A stretch of 55,318 nt of DNA from an uncultured Candidatus Saccharibacteria bacterium (GTDB taxonomy: Bacteria > Patescibacteriota > Minisyncoccia > JBAYJV01): contig CAZNYQ010000008.1 in NCBI GenBank assembly GCA_964577395.1, positions 1 through 55,318 of the forward strand, read 5' to 3'. The stretch's first letter is position 1. Each line of letters starts with the position of its first letter. The notes beneath the pieces are model-generated. The model did not search any database. It saw only the letters and a list, made by a program, of their open reading frames with translations, and was not told where the DNA came from. The position numbers were made by a program, and so were the translations under genes. Shown here piece after piece: positions 38,934-48,436 of the stretch.

Positions 38934-39038
38934 TTAAAGATAAGGCATAATGAGAAAACCAACCATTGATAAAGCAACAATAATAATCATTACTTTCCAA
39001 ATAATATTTTTAATTGATTGTTTTTGACGTTTTTTCAT
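38934..39038 (-). CDS. 34-aa single-pass membrane peptide (DUF4044/Prli42-like shape), not in ORF track
   Basis: MKKRQKQSIKNIIWKVMIIIVALSMVGFLIMPYL: basic N-terminus plus one TM helix. Confidence 0.55.
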   Translation of the reverse strand: MKKRQKQSIKNIIWKVMIIIVALSMVGFLIMPYL

Positions 39039-39078
39039 AAGATCTTTATATCATAAAATCGTCTTAAAAAAAAGAGTT

Positions 39079-39489
39079 ATGTTAATTTCTCGTCTTCTAA
39101 ATTCAAAAATATTTTCTCTATTAATAATATCAATCTTAGTATATTTAATTTTTTCTCTTATTGCGCCTCTTCAAGAAAAACAAAAGCTTGATAATCAAAT
39201 CGCTCAGCTTGAAAAAGAAATACAAGAATTTCAAATTCAGCAAGAAGAACTACAAAGAAAAGAACAATATTTTAATAGTGAAGATTATTTGCAAAAAGAA
39301 GCTCGACGATTATTAAATTACAAAAGACCTGGCGAAGAAGTTTTTTCAGTTATTCCCGATAAAGGAGCTCAATCTGTTCAAGAGAAAACCGATATTCAAG
39401 AAGAAAAAATAATTGATTCAACGGACAAAAATGATAAAATATCAAATATAAAAGCTTGGTATAAGTATTTTTTTAAAGCGCGGCAGTAG
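39079..39489 (+). CDS. septum formation initiator (FtsB/DivIC family)
   Basis: TM, coiled coil, Y..KEAR..L.YKRPGE. Confidence 0.85.
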   Translation: MLISRLLNSKIFSLLIISILVYLIFSLIAPLQEKQKLDNQIAQLEKEIQEFQIQQEELQRKEQYFNSEDYLQKEARRLLNYKRPGEEVFSVIPDKGAQSVQEKTDIQEEKIIDSTDKNDKISNIKAWYKYFFKARQ

Positions 39490-39552
39490 CTTAGCTGGTA
39501 GAGCGTCTGCTTCCCAAGCAGAAGATCACGGGTTCAAATCCCGTCTGCCGCT
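39480..39552 (+). tRNA. tRNA-Gly(CCC)
   Basis: GCGGCAG/CTGCCGC acceptor, TCTGC-TT CCC AA-GCAGA, T-loop TTCAAAT; CCA not encoded. Confidence 0.93.
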
Positions 39553-39591
39553 TAAGTTCAAAATTAAATTTATTAAAAGGAGGTAGTTCAC

Positions 39592-39831
39592 ATGACATCA
39601 GCGCGATGTTTTAACTGTAGAGCAAGTTACGATGAAAGAGAGGGGAGAACTTGTGTTAATGGACATTTTCTTTGCATGGAATGTATCTCAGATATTTATG
39701 CGGAAGGTGTTCAATCTTTTAATCTCCAAAGGCCTGATAAAGGATGTCCTTTGTGTGGTGCACCATGGGATAAATCTAAGCCTTATTGGGAATATGTTCC
39801 ATATAACATACGCAAAAAAAATAAAGATTAA
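39592..39831 (+). CDS. small C3HC4 RING-finger protein
   Basis: C-x2-C-x11-C-x3-H-x2-C-x2-C-x20-C-P-x-C; AAAGGAGGT SD. Confidence 0.75.
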   Translation: MTSARCFNCRASYDEREGRTCVNGHFLCMECISDIYAEGVQSFNLQRPDKGCPLCGAPWDKSKPYWEYVPYNIRKKNKD

Positions 39832-39857
39832 CTAAAATAAAAGAGCACAACAAGATT

Positions 39858-39886
39858 AAGGGGATCATATTGATCCTCTTTTTTTT
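39858..39886 (+). terminator. intrinsic terminator
   Basis: AAGGGGATCA-TAT-TGATCCTCTT plus T-tract. Confidence 0.75.
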
Positions 39887-39959
39887 ATCACGATATATAT
39901 TAACAAGAATATTTATTTTTTCTATTGGCTTTTTGAAAAATTTATTATAAAATGAGGTT

Positions 39960-41102
39960 ATGATATCGGTTCATGATCTTAAAGAAAATTTAGTTAAACT
40001 TAAAGACAACATCCATCAAGCTATGGATTATCTTGATTTTCAGTCTCAAGAACAAAGAATTAGAAAATTAGAAAAAGAAGTTCAGCAACAAAGTATTTGG
40101 GAAAATAACCCCCAGAAAGCTGGTCAAATTCAAGCTGACATTATTTCTTTTAAAGAACAAAAAAAACAATGGCTATCTTTAAAAAAACAAGCTGATGAGC
40201 TTTTTTTACTAATTAAAGAACTTAGAGCTCCTGAATCTCAAGAGGGAGAGGATCTAAGCCAAGAAGAGAAAGAACTTGCCCAAGAAGTGGCTCAAGAATA
40301 TGAAGTAATTAAGAAAAAATATGATAAATTAGAACTTGAAGTTTACTTAGGAAAAAAGTATGATAAGAAAAATGCTATTATGTTTATTTACGCCGGAGCA
40401 GGCGGAATAGATGCACAAGATTGGGCTAAAATGCTTTTAAGAATGTACCAACGTTATTGTGAAAAAAAGAACTTTAAAATTAGTTTAAAAAATATCACCA
40501 ATACAGAAGAAGGGGGTATTAAAAATGCTGAATTAGAGATAAAAGGAACTTATGTTTATGGAATCTTAAAAAACGAAGCTGGCGTTCATCGTTTAATTAG
40601 AATATCACCTTTTTCAGCTCAATCTTTAAGACATACTTCGTTTGCTTCAGTAGAAATTTTACCAAAACTTGATAAAATAGATCTTAAGAATTTAAAAATC
40701 AAAGCTAGTGATTTGCAATTTGATATGTACAAAGCAAGCGGGCCAGGAGGTCAGAATGTTAATCGCCGTGAGACAGCTGTAAGAGTTACTCATCTACCTA
40801 CTAATATTCAAGCTGCTTCTCAAACAGAAAGATCTCAAGGAGTTAATCGAGAAAGAGCTCTTAATTTATTAATGGGTAAACTTGTTCATCTCTTAGAACA
40901 AAAAAATCTTGAAAAGATAGAAGCATTAAAAGATAAAGTATCCCCTGAATGGGGAAATCAAATTAGAACTTATGTCTTACATCCCTATAAACAAGTACGG
41001 GATCATCGTACCGGGTTAGAATTATCTAAAATAGATAAAGTCCTAGACGGTGACTTAGAAGAGCTAATTGAAGCTAATCTTAAAAAAAATATTAATTCTT
41101 AA
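39960..41102 (+). CDS. prfB: peptide chain release factor 2 (no frameshift)
   Basis: AGAGG.DAQDWA, GVHRL.RISPF...RHTSF, GPGGQNVN, WGNQIR.YV.HPY. Confidence 0.96.
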   Translation: MISVHDLKENLVKLKDNIHQAMDYLDFQSQEQRIRKLEKEVQQQSIWENNPQKAGQIQADIISFKEQKKQWLSLKKQADELFLLIKELRAPESQEGEDLSQEEKELAQEVAQEYEVIKKKYDKLELEVYLGKKYDKKNAIMFIYAGAGGIDAQDWAKMLLRMYQRYCEKKNFKISLKNITNTEEGGIKNAELEIKGTYVYGILKNEAGVHRLIRISPFSAQSLRHTSFASVEILPKLDKIDLKNLKIKASDLQFDMYKASGPGGQNVNRRETAVRVTHLPTNIQAASQTERSQGVNRERALNLLMGKLVHLLEQKNLEKIEALKDKVSPEWGNQIRTYVLHPYKQVRDHRTGLELSKIDKVLDGDLEELIEANLKKNINS

Positions 41103-41109
41103 AACTATT

Positions 41110-41787
41110 ATGATAACTTTTGAAAATGTTTCCAAGATTTATAATCACTCTTTCGCCCTTAAAAATATTGATTTAAGGATTTTCCCTCAAGAATTTACTT
41201 CCATCGTGGGACGTTCAGGTGCCGGCAAATCTACTTTAGTTAAATTACTTATAGGAGAACTAAAGCCAACAGAAGGAAAAATTATTATTGATAAAGTAGA
41301 TATTACAAATGTTAAATCAAAGGTAATGCCATATTATAGACGTAAGATTGGCATTGTTTTTCAAGATTTTAAGCTTTTAAATTTTAGAACAGCAGCGGAG
41401 AATATTGCCTTTGCTATGGAAGTAGCTAATCTTCCTTATAATAAAATTAAAGAAGATACTTTAAAAATTTTAAAAATTATTGGTTTAGAGAATCGTAAGA
41501 ATAATTTTCCTGCACAACTGTCAGGAGGTGAAAAGCAAAGAATTGCTATTGGACGTGCTTTAGCTTTAAAGCCAGATATTCTCATAGCTGATGAACCAAC
41601 TGGTAATTTAGATCCCATTCATACTTGGGATATTATTAACCTGCTTGTCAAAATTAACGAATTAGGCACAACTGTTATTCTAGCTTCGCATGACAAAGAA
41701 ATCATCAACTCTCTGGGAAAGAGAGTTGTTAGTTTAGAAAACGGTAAATTAGTGCGCGATGAAAAAGAAGGCAGGTTTATGGTCTAA
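41110..41787 (+). CDS. ftsE: cell division ATP-binding protein (start ATG 41110)
   Basis: GRSGAGKST, RRKIG.VFQDFKLL, LSGGEKQR, ADEPTGNLDP. Confidence 0.93.
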   Translation: MITFENVSKIYNHSFALKNIDLRIFPQEFTSIVGRSGAGKSTLVKLLIGELKPTEGKIIIDKVDITNVKSKVMPYYRRKIGIVFQDFKLLNFRTAAENIAFAMEVANLPYNKIKEDTLKILKIIGLENRKNNFPAQLSGGEKQRIAIGRALALKPDILIADEPTGNLDPIHTWDIINLLVKINELGTTVILASHDKEIINSLGKRVVSLENGKLVRDEKEGRFMV

Positions 41788-41814
41788 ATATATAATTAGT
41801 AATATTTAACTATC

Positions 41815-42723
41815 ATGTTGATTCCTTTTTTCCGTGTTTTAAAAACAGGCTTAGCTGATTTTTGGCGCAATAAATGGGTTTCTCAAGCAACTGTAGGTGT
41901 TATGATTATTACACTTTTTGTTATTGTAGCTTTTTTTATGTTGGGAGGCGCTATGAATAATATAGTTGATAATTTAAAAGCGCGGATGGACATTAGCGTC
42001 TATTTTAAAATTGACACTGACGAAAGTAGTATCCTTGAAATCAAAGAAAATTTAGAAAAATTAGACCAAATAACAGCTATTACTTATACTTCTAGAAGTG
42101 AAGCGTTAGAAAGTTTTAAAGAGCGTCATCAAGGTGATCCTCTTATCCTGCAAAGTCTTGAGGAAATAGGTTCTAATCCTTTAACTGCTTCTTTAAACGT
42201 TCAGGCCCAAGAACCATCATCAGATTTTCCTTTTATTAATCAATATCTTGATAAAAACTACTCAGCCCTTATTGATAATATTAATTATCAGGAGAATAAA
42301 GAAATCATTGCTCGCATTAGCAATTTTTCTGATAATGCTAAAAAAGTAGGCATTGTGTTAAGCTTAATTCTAATTGTTATTGTTATTTTAGTAACTTTTA
42401 ACACAATTCGCTTAACTATCTATTCAGTGAGAAATGAAATTGGAATTATGCGTCTTGTGGGAGCTAGTAACACCTATATTCGCGGACCCTTTCTGATTGA
42501 AGGAGTTATCTATGGTATTATTGCTACTATTATCAGCACAACAGTTGCTTGGGGAGTTTTCAACTTAGCTAATGAAAAATTATCAGCTATGATGCTTGAT
42601 TTTGATATTTATAGTTATTTTATGACCAATATTTGGTATATCATAGGTCTCCAATTGGCTGTGGGAGCTATCTTAGGAATATTGGGCAGTTATATTGCTA
42701 TTAGAAAATATCTTAAAGTTTAA
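41815..42723 (+). CDS. ftsX: cell division permease
   Basis: NTIRLTIY..R.EI.IMRLVGAS..YIRGPFLIEG; follows ftsE. Confidence 0.93.
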   Translation: MLIPFFRVLKTGLADFWRNKWVSQATVGVMIITLFVIVAFFMLGGAMNNIVDNLKARMDISVYFKIDTDESSILEIKENLEKLDQITAITYTSRSEALESFKERHQGDPLILQSLEEIGSNPLTASLNVQAQEPSSDFPFINQYLDKNYSALIDNINYQENKEIIARISNFSDNAKKVGIVLSLILIVIVILVTFNTIRLTIYSVRNEIGIMRLVGASNTYIRGPFLIEGVIYGIIATIISTTVAWGVFNLANEKLSAMMLDFDIYSYFMTNIWYIIGLQLAVGAILGILGSYIAIRKYLKV

Positions 42724-42733
42724 CACTGAATTT

Positions 42734-43426
42734 ATGCTACTGTCACGACAAGCTATTCTAGATCATATGAAAAAGGGCAATGTTGTCATTAGTCCTTTTA
42801 AAAAAGAATTTTTATCATCAGCTTCTTATGATGTAAGTTTAGGAAAATATTACTGGCGAGAAGCATATCATAACGGTGGTATCATCACTTACAACCCTTA
42901 TTCTAAAAAAGATGTTCAAAGAGTTTGGGGACCCAAGTATTATGAAGCTCGACCTTTGAAGAAAAGGCTTAAAGATATGCCTTTTAAAAAATTAGAAGGT
43001 ATTAGCATGGATGACTTAGTCATTTGGATTGCTCCCGGTGAGACAATCTTAGCTCACACGCAAGAATTTATCGGAGGACGGAATTGTGTTAACACAATGA
43101 TGAAAGCCCGTTCATCAATGGGCAGAAATTTTATTGAAATTTGTAAAGACGCTGGCTGGGGAGATATTGGATATGTTAATCGCTGGACAATTGAGGTAAC
43201 AAATAACAGTCGTTTTTATCATATTCCTTTAGTTGTTGGTCGCCGTATTGGTCAAATTACCTTTTTTGAAACACAACCTATTGATGAAAAAGAAGCGTAC
43301 TATCAAAAAGGAAAATATCAAAAGCAACAAGATAAAAATCTTGATGATATTAAACGTTCTTGGTCTCCGGAAATGATGCGACCTAAAATGTATCAGGATA
43401 GCGAAGTTATAAAAAAGAAAAAATAA
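42734..43426 (+). CDS. dcd: dCTP deaminase (likely start ATG 42734)
   Basis: ASYDVSLG, ARSSMGR, GWGDIGY..RWTIE, IGQITF. Confidence 0.85.
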   Translation: MLLSRQAILDHMKKGNVVISPFKKEFLSSASYDVSLGKYYWREAYHNGGIITYNPYSKKDVQRVWGPKYYEARPLKKRLKDMPFKKLEGISMDDLVIWIAPGETILAHTQEFIGGRNCVNTMMKARSSMGRNFIEICKDAGWGDIGYVNRWTIEVTNNSRFYHIPLVVGRRIGQITFFETQPIDEKEAYYQKGKYQKQQDKNLDDIKRSWSPEMMRPKMYQDSEVIKKKK

Positions 43427-43429
43427 TCT

Positions 43430-44956
43430 ATGAAATATCTACCTACAATTGGTTTGGAAATCCATGCTGAATTAAAAACTAAGACAAAAATGTTTTGTTC
43501 TTGTAAGAATGATCCCGATGAAAAGCAACCTAATGTTAATGTCTGCCCAGTTTGTTTAGCGCATCCTGGCACCTTACCTGTTATTAACGAAACAGCTGTT
43601 AAAAAAGTTTTAAAAGCTGGTCTCGCTTTACACTGTCGTATTGGTGAGTTCTCTCAATTTGATAGAAAAAGCTACTATTATCCTGATCTTCCTAAGGGAT
43701 ATCAAATTTCTCAATATAAATATCCTTTATGTGGACCAGGATACCTTGAAGTTATCTTAGATAATTACATTAAAAAAGTTCATATAACAAGAATTCATTT
43801 AGAAGAAGATACCGGACGCCTCGTTCATGCTAAAAAAGATAATTATAGTTTAGTCGACTTTAATCGTGCTGGTGTTCCTTTAATGGAATTAGTTACTGAA
43901 CCCGATATTCAAAACGGTCAAGAAGCTAAATGTTTTGGAGAAGAGCTACAATTAATTCTAAGATATTTAAATGTCTCTGATGCTAATATGGAAAAAGGGC
44001 AAATGCGCTGCGAGGTTAATATTAGTTTAAAAGAAGCATCTCAAGATGCGCCTTTAGGTACTAAAGTAGAAATTAAAAATTTAAATTCTTTTCGCGCAGT
44101 TCAACAGGCAATAGATTATGAAATTAAGCGCCAAACTAAAGTACTTAATAAAGGAGAAAAAGTCATTCAAGAAACACGAGGCTGGGACGCTAAAAAACAA
44201 AGGACAATGTCTCAGCGCGTTAAGGAAGAAGCTCATGATTATAGGTATTTTCCTGAGCCAGATTTACCACCCTTAAAAATATTTCCTGAGCCCCCCAAGG
44301 AAAAAGATATTCAAGGAACTTTATTGATCTTAAGTGAGTTGCGCAACGACATGCCTGAACTACCTAACGCTAAAAGAGTTCGCTTTGAGAAAGATTATGC
44401 TTTGGCAAAAGAACAAATAGAAGTCTTAGTTCATAATAAAGAATTAAGTGAATACTTTGAGAAAATTGCCTCAGAGCTTCTAGCTTGGCTTAAAGTTAGT
44501 AAAACAAAAGAGCAAAAAAAGATTAATAAAGCTTACAACTTAGCCGCTAACTATATTGTTACCGAACTTCAGAAATTAACCAAACACTCTAGGGAAGAGA
44601 AAGTAATTGAAAAGATAACAGCTGAAAATTTTGCTGAATTAATTAAAATGATTCTGGGTAATGAAATTAATTCATCAGCTGCTCAAGCTATCTTAGAAGA
44701 AATGTACAAAACTGGTAAAGACCCTTCTGATATCGCTCAAGAAAAACAACTTTTGCAAATGAATGATACTCAAGAAATTGAAAAAATTATTGACCAGGCT
44801 ATTCAGGATAATCCAAAAGTTGTGAAAGATTATAAGAATGGCAATGAAAATGCTTTGCAGTTTTTCGTAGGACAGGTTATGAAAGCAACAAGGGGGCAAG
44901 CTAATCCTCAAGTAGCTCAAGAAATTCTCTCTCGTAAATTATCAAAATATATATAA
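43430..44956 (+). CDS. gatB: Asp/Glu-tRNA amidotransferase subunit B
   Basis: IGLEIH, FDRK.Y.YPDLPKGYQISQ, HLEED, NRAGVPLMELVTEP, YRYFPEPDL. Confidence 0.97.
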   Translation: MKYLPTIGLEIHAELKTKTKMFCSCKNDPDEKQPNVNVCPVCLAHPGTLPVINETAVKKVLKAGLALHCRIGEFSQFDRKSYYYPDLPKGYQISQYKYPLCGPGYLEVILDNYIKKVHITRIHLEEDTGRLVHAKKDNYSLVDFNRAGVPLMELVTEPDIQNGQEAKCFGEELQLILRYLNVSDANMEKGQMRCEVNISLKEASQDAPLGTKVEIKNLNSFRAVQQAIDYEIKRQTKVLNKGEKVIQETRGWDAKKQRTMSQRVKEEAHDYRYFPEPDLPPLKIFPEPPKEKDIQGTLLILSELRNDMPELPNAKRVRFEKDYALAKEQIEVLVHNKELSEYFEKIASELLAWLKVSKTKEQKKINKAYNLAANYIVTELQKLTKHSREEKVIEKITAENFAELIKMILGNEINSSAAQAILEEMYKTGKDPSDIAQEKQLLQMNDTQEIEKIIDQAIQDNPKVVKDYKNGNENALQFFVGQVMKATRGQANPQVAQEILSRKLSKYI

Positions 44957-46077
44957 TGACTTGGCGATCCTGGGTTGAAATTAAAACTTCTTGTATAAAG
45001 CATAATTTAAAGACAGCTCGAAAATTAATTGGACCACGAGTAAAATTAATGGCCGTTGTAAAATCAAATGCTTATGGTCACGGAATTATTAAAACAGCCA
45101 AACTTGCAACCGAAACAGAGGCTGATTGGCTAGGAGTTGATTCTCTCCAAGAAGCTCTCTTATTAAGAGATAATGGTTTTCAAAACCCTCTTCTTATAAT
45201 GGGATATATTCTAAAGGATAATCTAAAAAAAGCTGTTGATAATGATTTAGACTTTGTTGTTTACAATCCAGAAACCCTTGATACTCTTGCTCAATTAAAA
45301 AAGAAGTCAAAAATTCACCTTAAAATTGAAACTGGCACGATGAGACAAGGTATTTTTCTAAAAGATTTACCTTGTTTTATAAAAAAAATTAAACAGCTTC
45401 CTAATATTCAAATTAGGGGAATATATACTCATTTTGCCAATATTGAAAATACCACAGACCATACTTTTGCCAAACAACAATTAGAAAAATTTAAACAAGC
45501 TTTAACAATCACTCAAAATGAAGGTATTCACCCCTTAGCTCATACTGCTTGTAGCGCTGCTTTGATTCTTTATCCAGAAACTCATTTTAATATGGTAAGG
45601 CTCGGTCTAAGCATGTATGGCTTATGGTCTTCTCCTCAAACTATTGTTTCAGCTCAAAATTTAAAGAGAAAAATTAACTTAAAACCAGCTTTGACTTGGA
45701 AAAGCAAGATTGCTCAAGTTAAAACAGTTCCTGCTAATACAAAAATAGGTTATGGGCTTACAGAAAAAGTTAATCAGACTACTAAAATCGCCGTTATCCC
45801 CGTAGGTTATTGGGATGGTTACAGTAGAAAACTTTCTAGTATAGGTAATATTCTAATTCAAGGAAAAAGATGCAAAGTTTTAGGAAGAATTTGTATGAAT
45901 ATGATGATGGTTAATGTTAATCATTTAAAAGATATTCATCCAGAGGAAGAAGTGGTTCTCTTAGGCAAACAAGGCAATGAAGAAATAACAGCTGATGAAA
46001 TTGCTCAAAAGATAGGAGCTATTAATTATGAAATTATTACAGGAATTAATCCCTTAATTCCAAGAAAATTTATTTAA
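44956..46077 (+). CDS. alr: alanine racemase
   Basis: AVVKSNAYGHG, HLKIETG, THFA, GYWDGY, GRICM, INYEI. Confidence 0.95.
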   Translation: MTWRSWVEIKTSCIKHNLKTARKLIGPRVKLMAVVKSNAYGHGIIKTAKLATETEADWLGVDSLQEALLLRDNGFQNPLLIMGYILKDNLKKAVDNDLDFVVYNPETLDTLAQLKKKSKIHLKIETGTMRQGIFLKDLPCFIKKIKQLPNIQIRGIYTHFANIENTTDHTFAKQQLEKFKQALTITQNEGIHPLAHTACSAALILYPETHFNMVRLGLSMYGLWSSPQTIVSAQNLKRKINLKPALTWKSKIAQVKTVPANTKIGYGLTEKVNQTTKIAVIPVGYWDGYSRKLSSIGNILIQGKRCKVLGRICMNMMMVNVNHLKDIHPEEEVVLLGKQGNEEITADEIAQKIGAINYEIITGINPLIPRKFI

Positions 46078-46145
46078 TATGTAATTAGAATAAAAATTAA
46101 TGAATTCTTAATTCATTAATTAATATTTCTAAACATTTAAAAAAT

Positions 46146-46721
46146 ATGTGGTGGATTATCTTAGTTATTATTGCTATTCCTTTTTTAGCAATAATTTTAA
46201 TTTACAATAAGCTGATTCGTGGTCGTACAAGATGCGAAGAAGCTTGGTCAGATATTCAAGTCCAATTAAAAAGACGGCATGATCTTGTACCTAATTTAGT
46301 TAATACCGTTAAGGGCTATGCTAAGCATGAAAAACAGCTCTTGGAAAATGTTACGAAAGCTCGTAATCAAGCTATCCAAGCTAAGGATATGCAAGAAACG
46401 ACTCAAAAAGAAAATGCTCTATCATCTACCCTTAAGACTCTCTTTGCAGTCGCTGAAAACTATCCTGATCTGAAAGCTAACGCTAACTTTTTAGAACTTC
46501 AAAGAGAATTAACAGATACCGAAAACAAGATTCAAGCAGCGCGCCGTTTTTACAATGGCAACATACGAGATTTCAACATTGCTATTCAAAGTTTCCCTAC
46601 TAATATTATTGCCGGAAACTTTAACTTTGAGAAGAAAGACTTGTTCGAATTAGCCACTAAAAAAGAGGCTGAAGTACCTAATGTAAGCTTTGAAGACAAA
46701 AAATCCAATAAAGAAGCTTAA
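46146..46721 (+). CDS. lemA: LemA family protein
   Basis: AWSDI.VQLKRR.DLVPNLV.TVKGYA, ENYPDLKAN.NF. Confidence 0.95.
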   Translation: MWWIILVIIAIPFLAIILIYNKLIRGRTRCEEAWSDIQVQLKRRHDLVPNLVNTVKGYAKHEKQLLENVTKARNQAIQAKDMQETTQKENALSSTLKTLFAVAENYPDLKANANFLELQRELTDTENKIQAARRFYNGNIRDFNIAIQSFPTNIIAGNFNFEKKDLFELATKKEAEVPNVSFEDKKSNKEA

Positions 46722-46724
46722 ATT

Positions 46725-47645
46725 ATGACTCTTTACACTCATAAAGCTGCTAATATTAGAAAGACAGTGTTTCTAATGTTTATCTTCTTAGTCTTTGTTA
46801 TTGGTGTTGGCTGGCTTTTTAGTTACGCCTTAGACTCCCAAATAATCTTATATATAGCCATAGTATTTAGTGTTATAACAGCATTTTCAAGCTACTGGTG
46901 GTCTGATAAGATGGTTACTAAAATTGCCAGAGCTCAAGAAGTAAAGTTTAAGGATAATCCTGAACTATATCGAATCGTTGAGAATTTAGCTATAACTGCT
47001 GGTTTACCAAAGCCAAAAATCTATCTTATTCAAGAAACACAGCCCAATGCTTTTGCAACAGGCAGAGATCCTAAACATGCAGTTATTGCAGTTACCTCAG
47101 GCATTTTAGAAAAACTGAACCGCTCCGAATTAGAAGGTGTCTTATCGCATGAACTTTCCCATATCGGCAATCGAGATATGCTTTTAATGACAATTGCGGT
47201 TGTTCTAGCCGGTACGATTGCTTTAGCTTCAGACATATTTATCCGAATGCGTCTTTTTGGAGGAGGCAGGAGAAAATCAAACAATAGTCAAGCTCAAGCC
47301 ATAATTCTAGGAATATCTTTAGCGGCTGCTATTTTAGCTCCTATTGCAGCTGCTATGATTAAAATGGCTATCTCAAGAAAAAGAGAGTATTTAGCTGATG
47401 CCACAGGTGCTCTTATCACGCGTTATCCTGAAGGATTAGCTTCTGCTCTTGAAAAAATTTCAGCTGATAACAATCCCATGAGATCAGCTAAAAATGCGAC
47501 AGCTCATCTATATATTTCAAATCCTTTTCGTGGCAAACAAAGAAAACGATGGTTGAATAAACTTTTTTCAACTCATCCCCCCATAGAAGATAGAATAGCA
47601 AAATTAAGAGGCATGGATATTTCTCAAAATGCTGCCCAATCTTAA
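46725..47645 (+). CDS. htpX: M48 zinc protease HtpX
   Basis: QPNAFATGRDP, HELSH, SRKREYLAD, FSTHPP. Confidence 0.94.
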   Translation: MTLYTHKAANIRKTVFLMFIFLVFVIGVGWLFSYALDSQIILYIAIVFSVITAFSSYWWSDKMVTKIARAQEVKFKDNPELYRIVENLAITAGLPKPKIYLIQETQPNAFATGRDPKHAVIAVTSGILEKLNRSELEGVLSHELSHIGNRDMLLMTIAVVLAGTIALASDIFIRMRLFGGGRRKSNNSQAQAIILGISLAAAILAPIAAAMIKMAISRKREYLADATGALITRYPEGLASALEKISADNNPMRSAKNATAHLYISNPFRGKQRKRWLNKLFSTHPPIEDRIAKLRGMDISQNAAQS

Positions 47646-48237
47646 AGAGGAAAAGAAGCTTTTTAAAAAAGGAGCCCGGTATATTGCCGGTTTGGACGAA
47701 GCAGGTAGAGGTCCTTTAGCTGGCCCTGTTGTAGTAGGAATAGTTGTTTTTGAAAAAAACAACCTAATAGAATGGCTTTCTTTGGGAATTAATGATTCTA
47801 AAAAATTATCTTCTCAACAACGCCAAAAAATTCTTAAAAAAGTTAAAGCCAAAGCTAAAGAATGGCAAACTGTTAGAGTAGGGGAGAAGTTTATTGATAA
47901 AAAGAATATCCGGCAAGCAACTTTAATTGCTATGAGACGTGCTTTTTTAAAGACAACTCTTCCTCTTGACTTTCTCCTAATTGACGGTCAAGATACTTTA
48001 AAAGATTTACCTATTAATCAAAAAGCTATCGTTAACGGCGATGAGATGTCAGTTATCATTGCTGCAGCTTCTATTCTAGCCAAAGAGACTCGTGATAATA
48101 TTATGCGACGTTATGCTAAGAAATATCCTCAATACGGCTTTGAAAAACACAAAGGATATGGTACAACATTTCATAAAGATAAAATTTTAAAATATGGACC
48201 ATGTAAGATCCATAGACAAAGTTTTCACTTATATTAA
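47629..48237 (+). CDS. rnhB: ribonuclease HII
   Basis: GLDEAGRGPLAGPV, DSKKL, IAAASILAK, HKGYGT. Confidence 0.95.
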   Translation: MLPNLKEEKKLFKKGARYIAGLDEAGRGPLAGPVVVGIVVFEKNNLIEWLSLGINDSKKLSSQQRQKILKKVKAKAKEWQTVRVGEKFIDKKNIRQATLIAMRRAFLKTTLPLDFLLIDGQDTLKDLPINQKAIVNGDEMSVIIAAASILAKETRDNIMRRYAKKYPQYGFEKHKGYGTTFHKDKILKYGPCKIHRQSFHLY

Positions 48238-48247
48238 ATTCATTTAA

Positions 48248-48337
48248 GGTGGGATGCCAGAGCGGTCGAATGGGCCTGCTTGGAGAGCAGGTGTGCCTGC
48301 AAAGGTACCGTGGGTTCGAATCCCACTCCCACCGCCA
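48248..48337 (+). tRNA. tRNA-Ser(GGA)
   Basis: GGTGGGA acceptor, CCTGC-TT GGA GA-GCAGG, long variable arm, GGTTCGAATCC, G73 plus encoded CCA. Confidence 0.95.
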
Positions 48338-48436
48338 GTCAGGATTTTTCAAGCTTTTATTCGCCTCGCGCCTCGCTACGGCTCGGCGCTCGGCTACCAA
48401 TTTATATTCATTTTTGGCTGAAAAAGAAAATTTTTC

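Noticed and set aside
39632-39835. Alternate-frame 67-aa ORF
   Set aside because: Overlaps the RING ORF, which has the SD and a full motif
14252-47284. Other nested ORFs (14252, 14330, 17778, 25395, 25405, 34983, 35522, 37071, 41436, 44693, 47030)
   Set aside because: Lie within well-supported genes in other frames or strands
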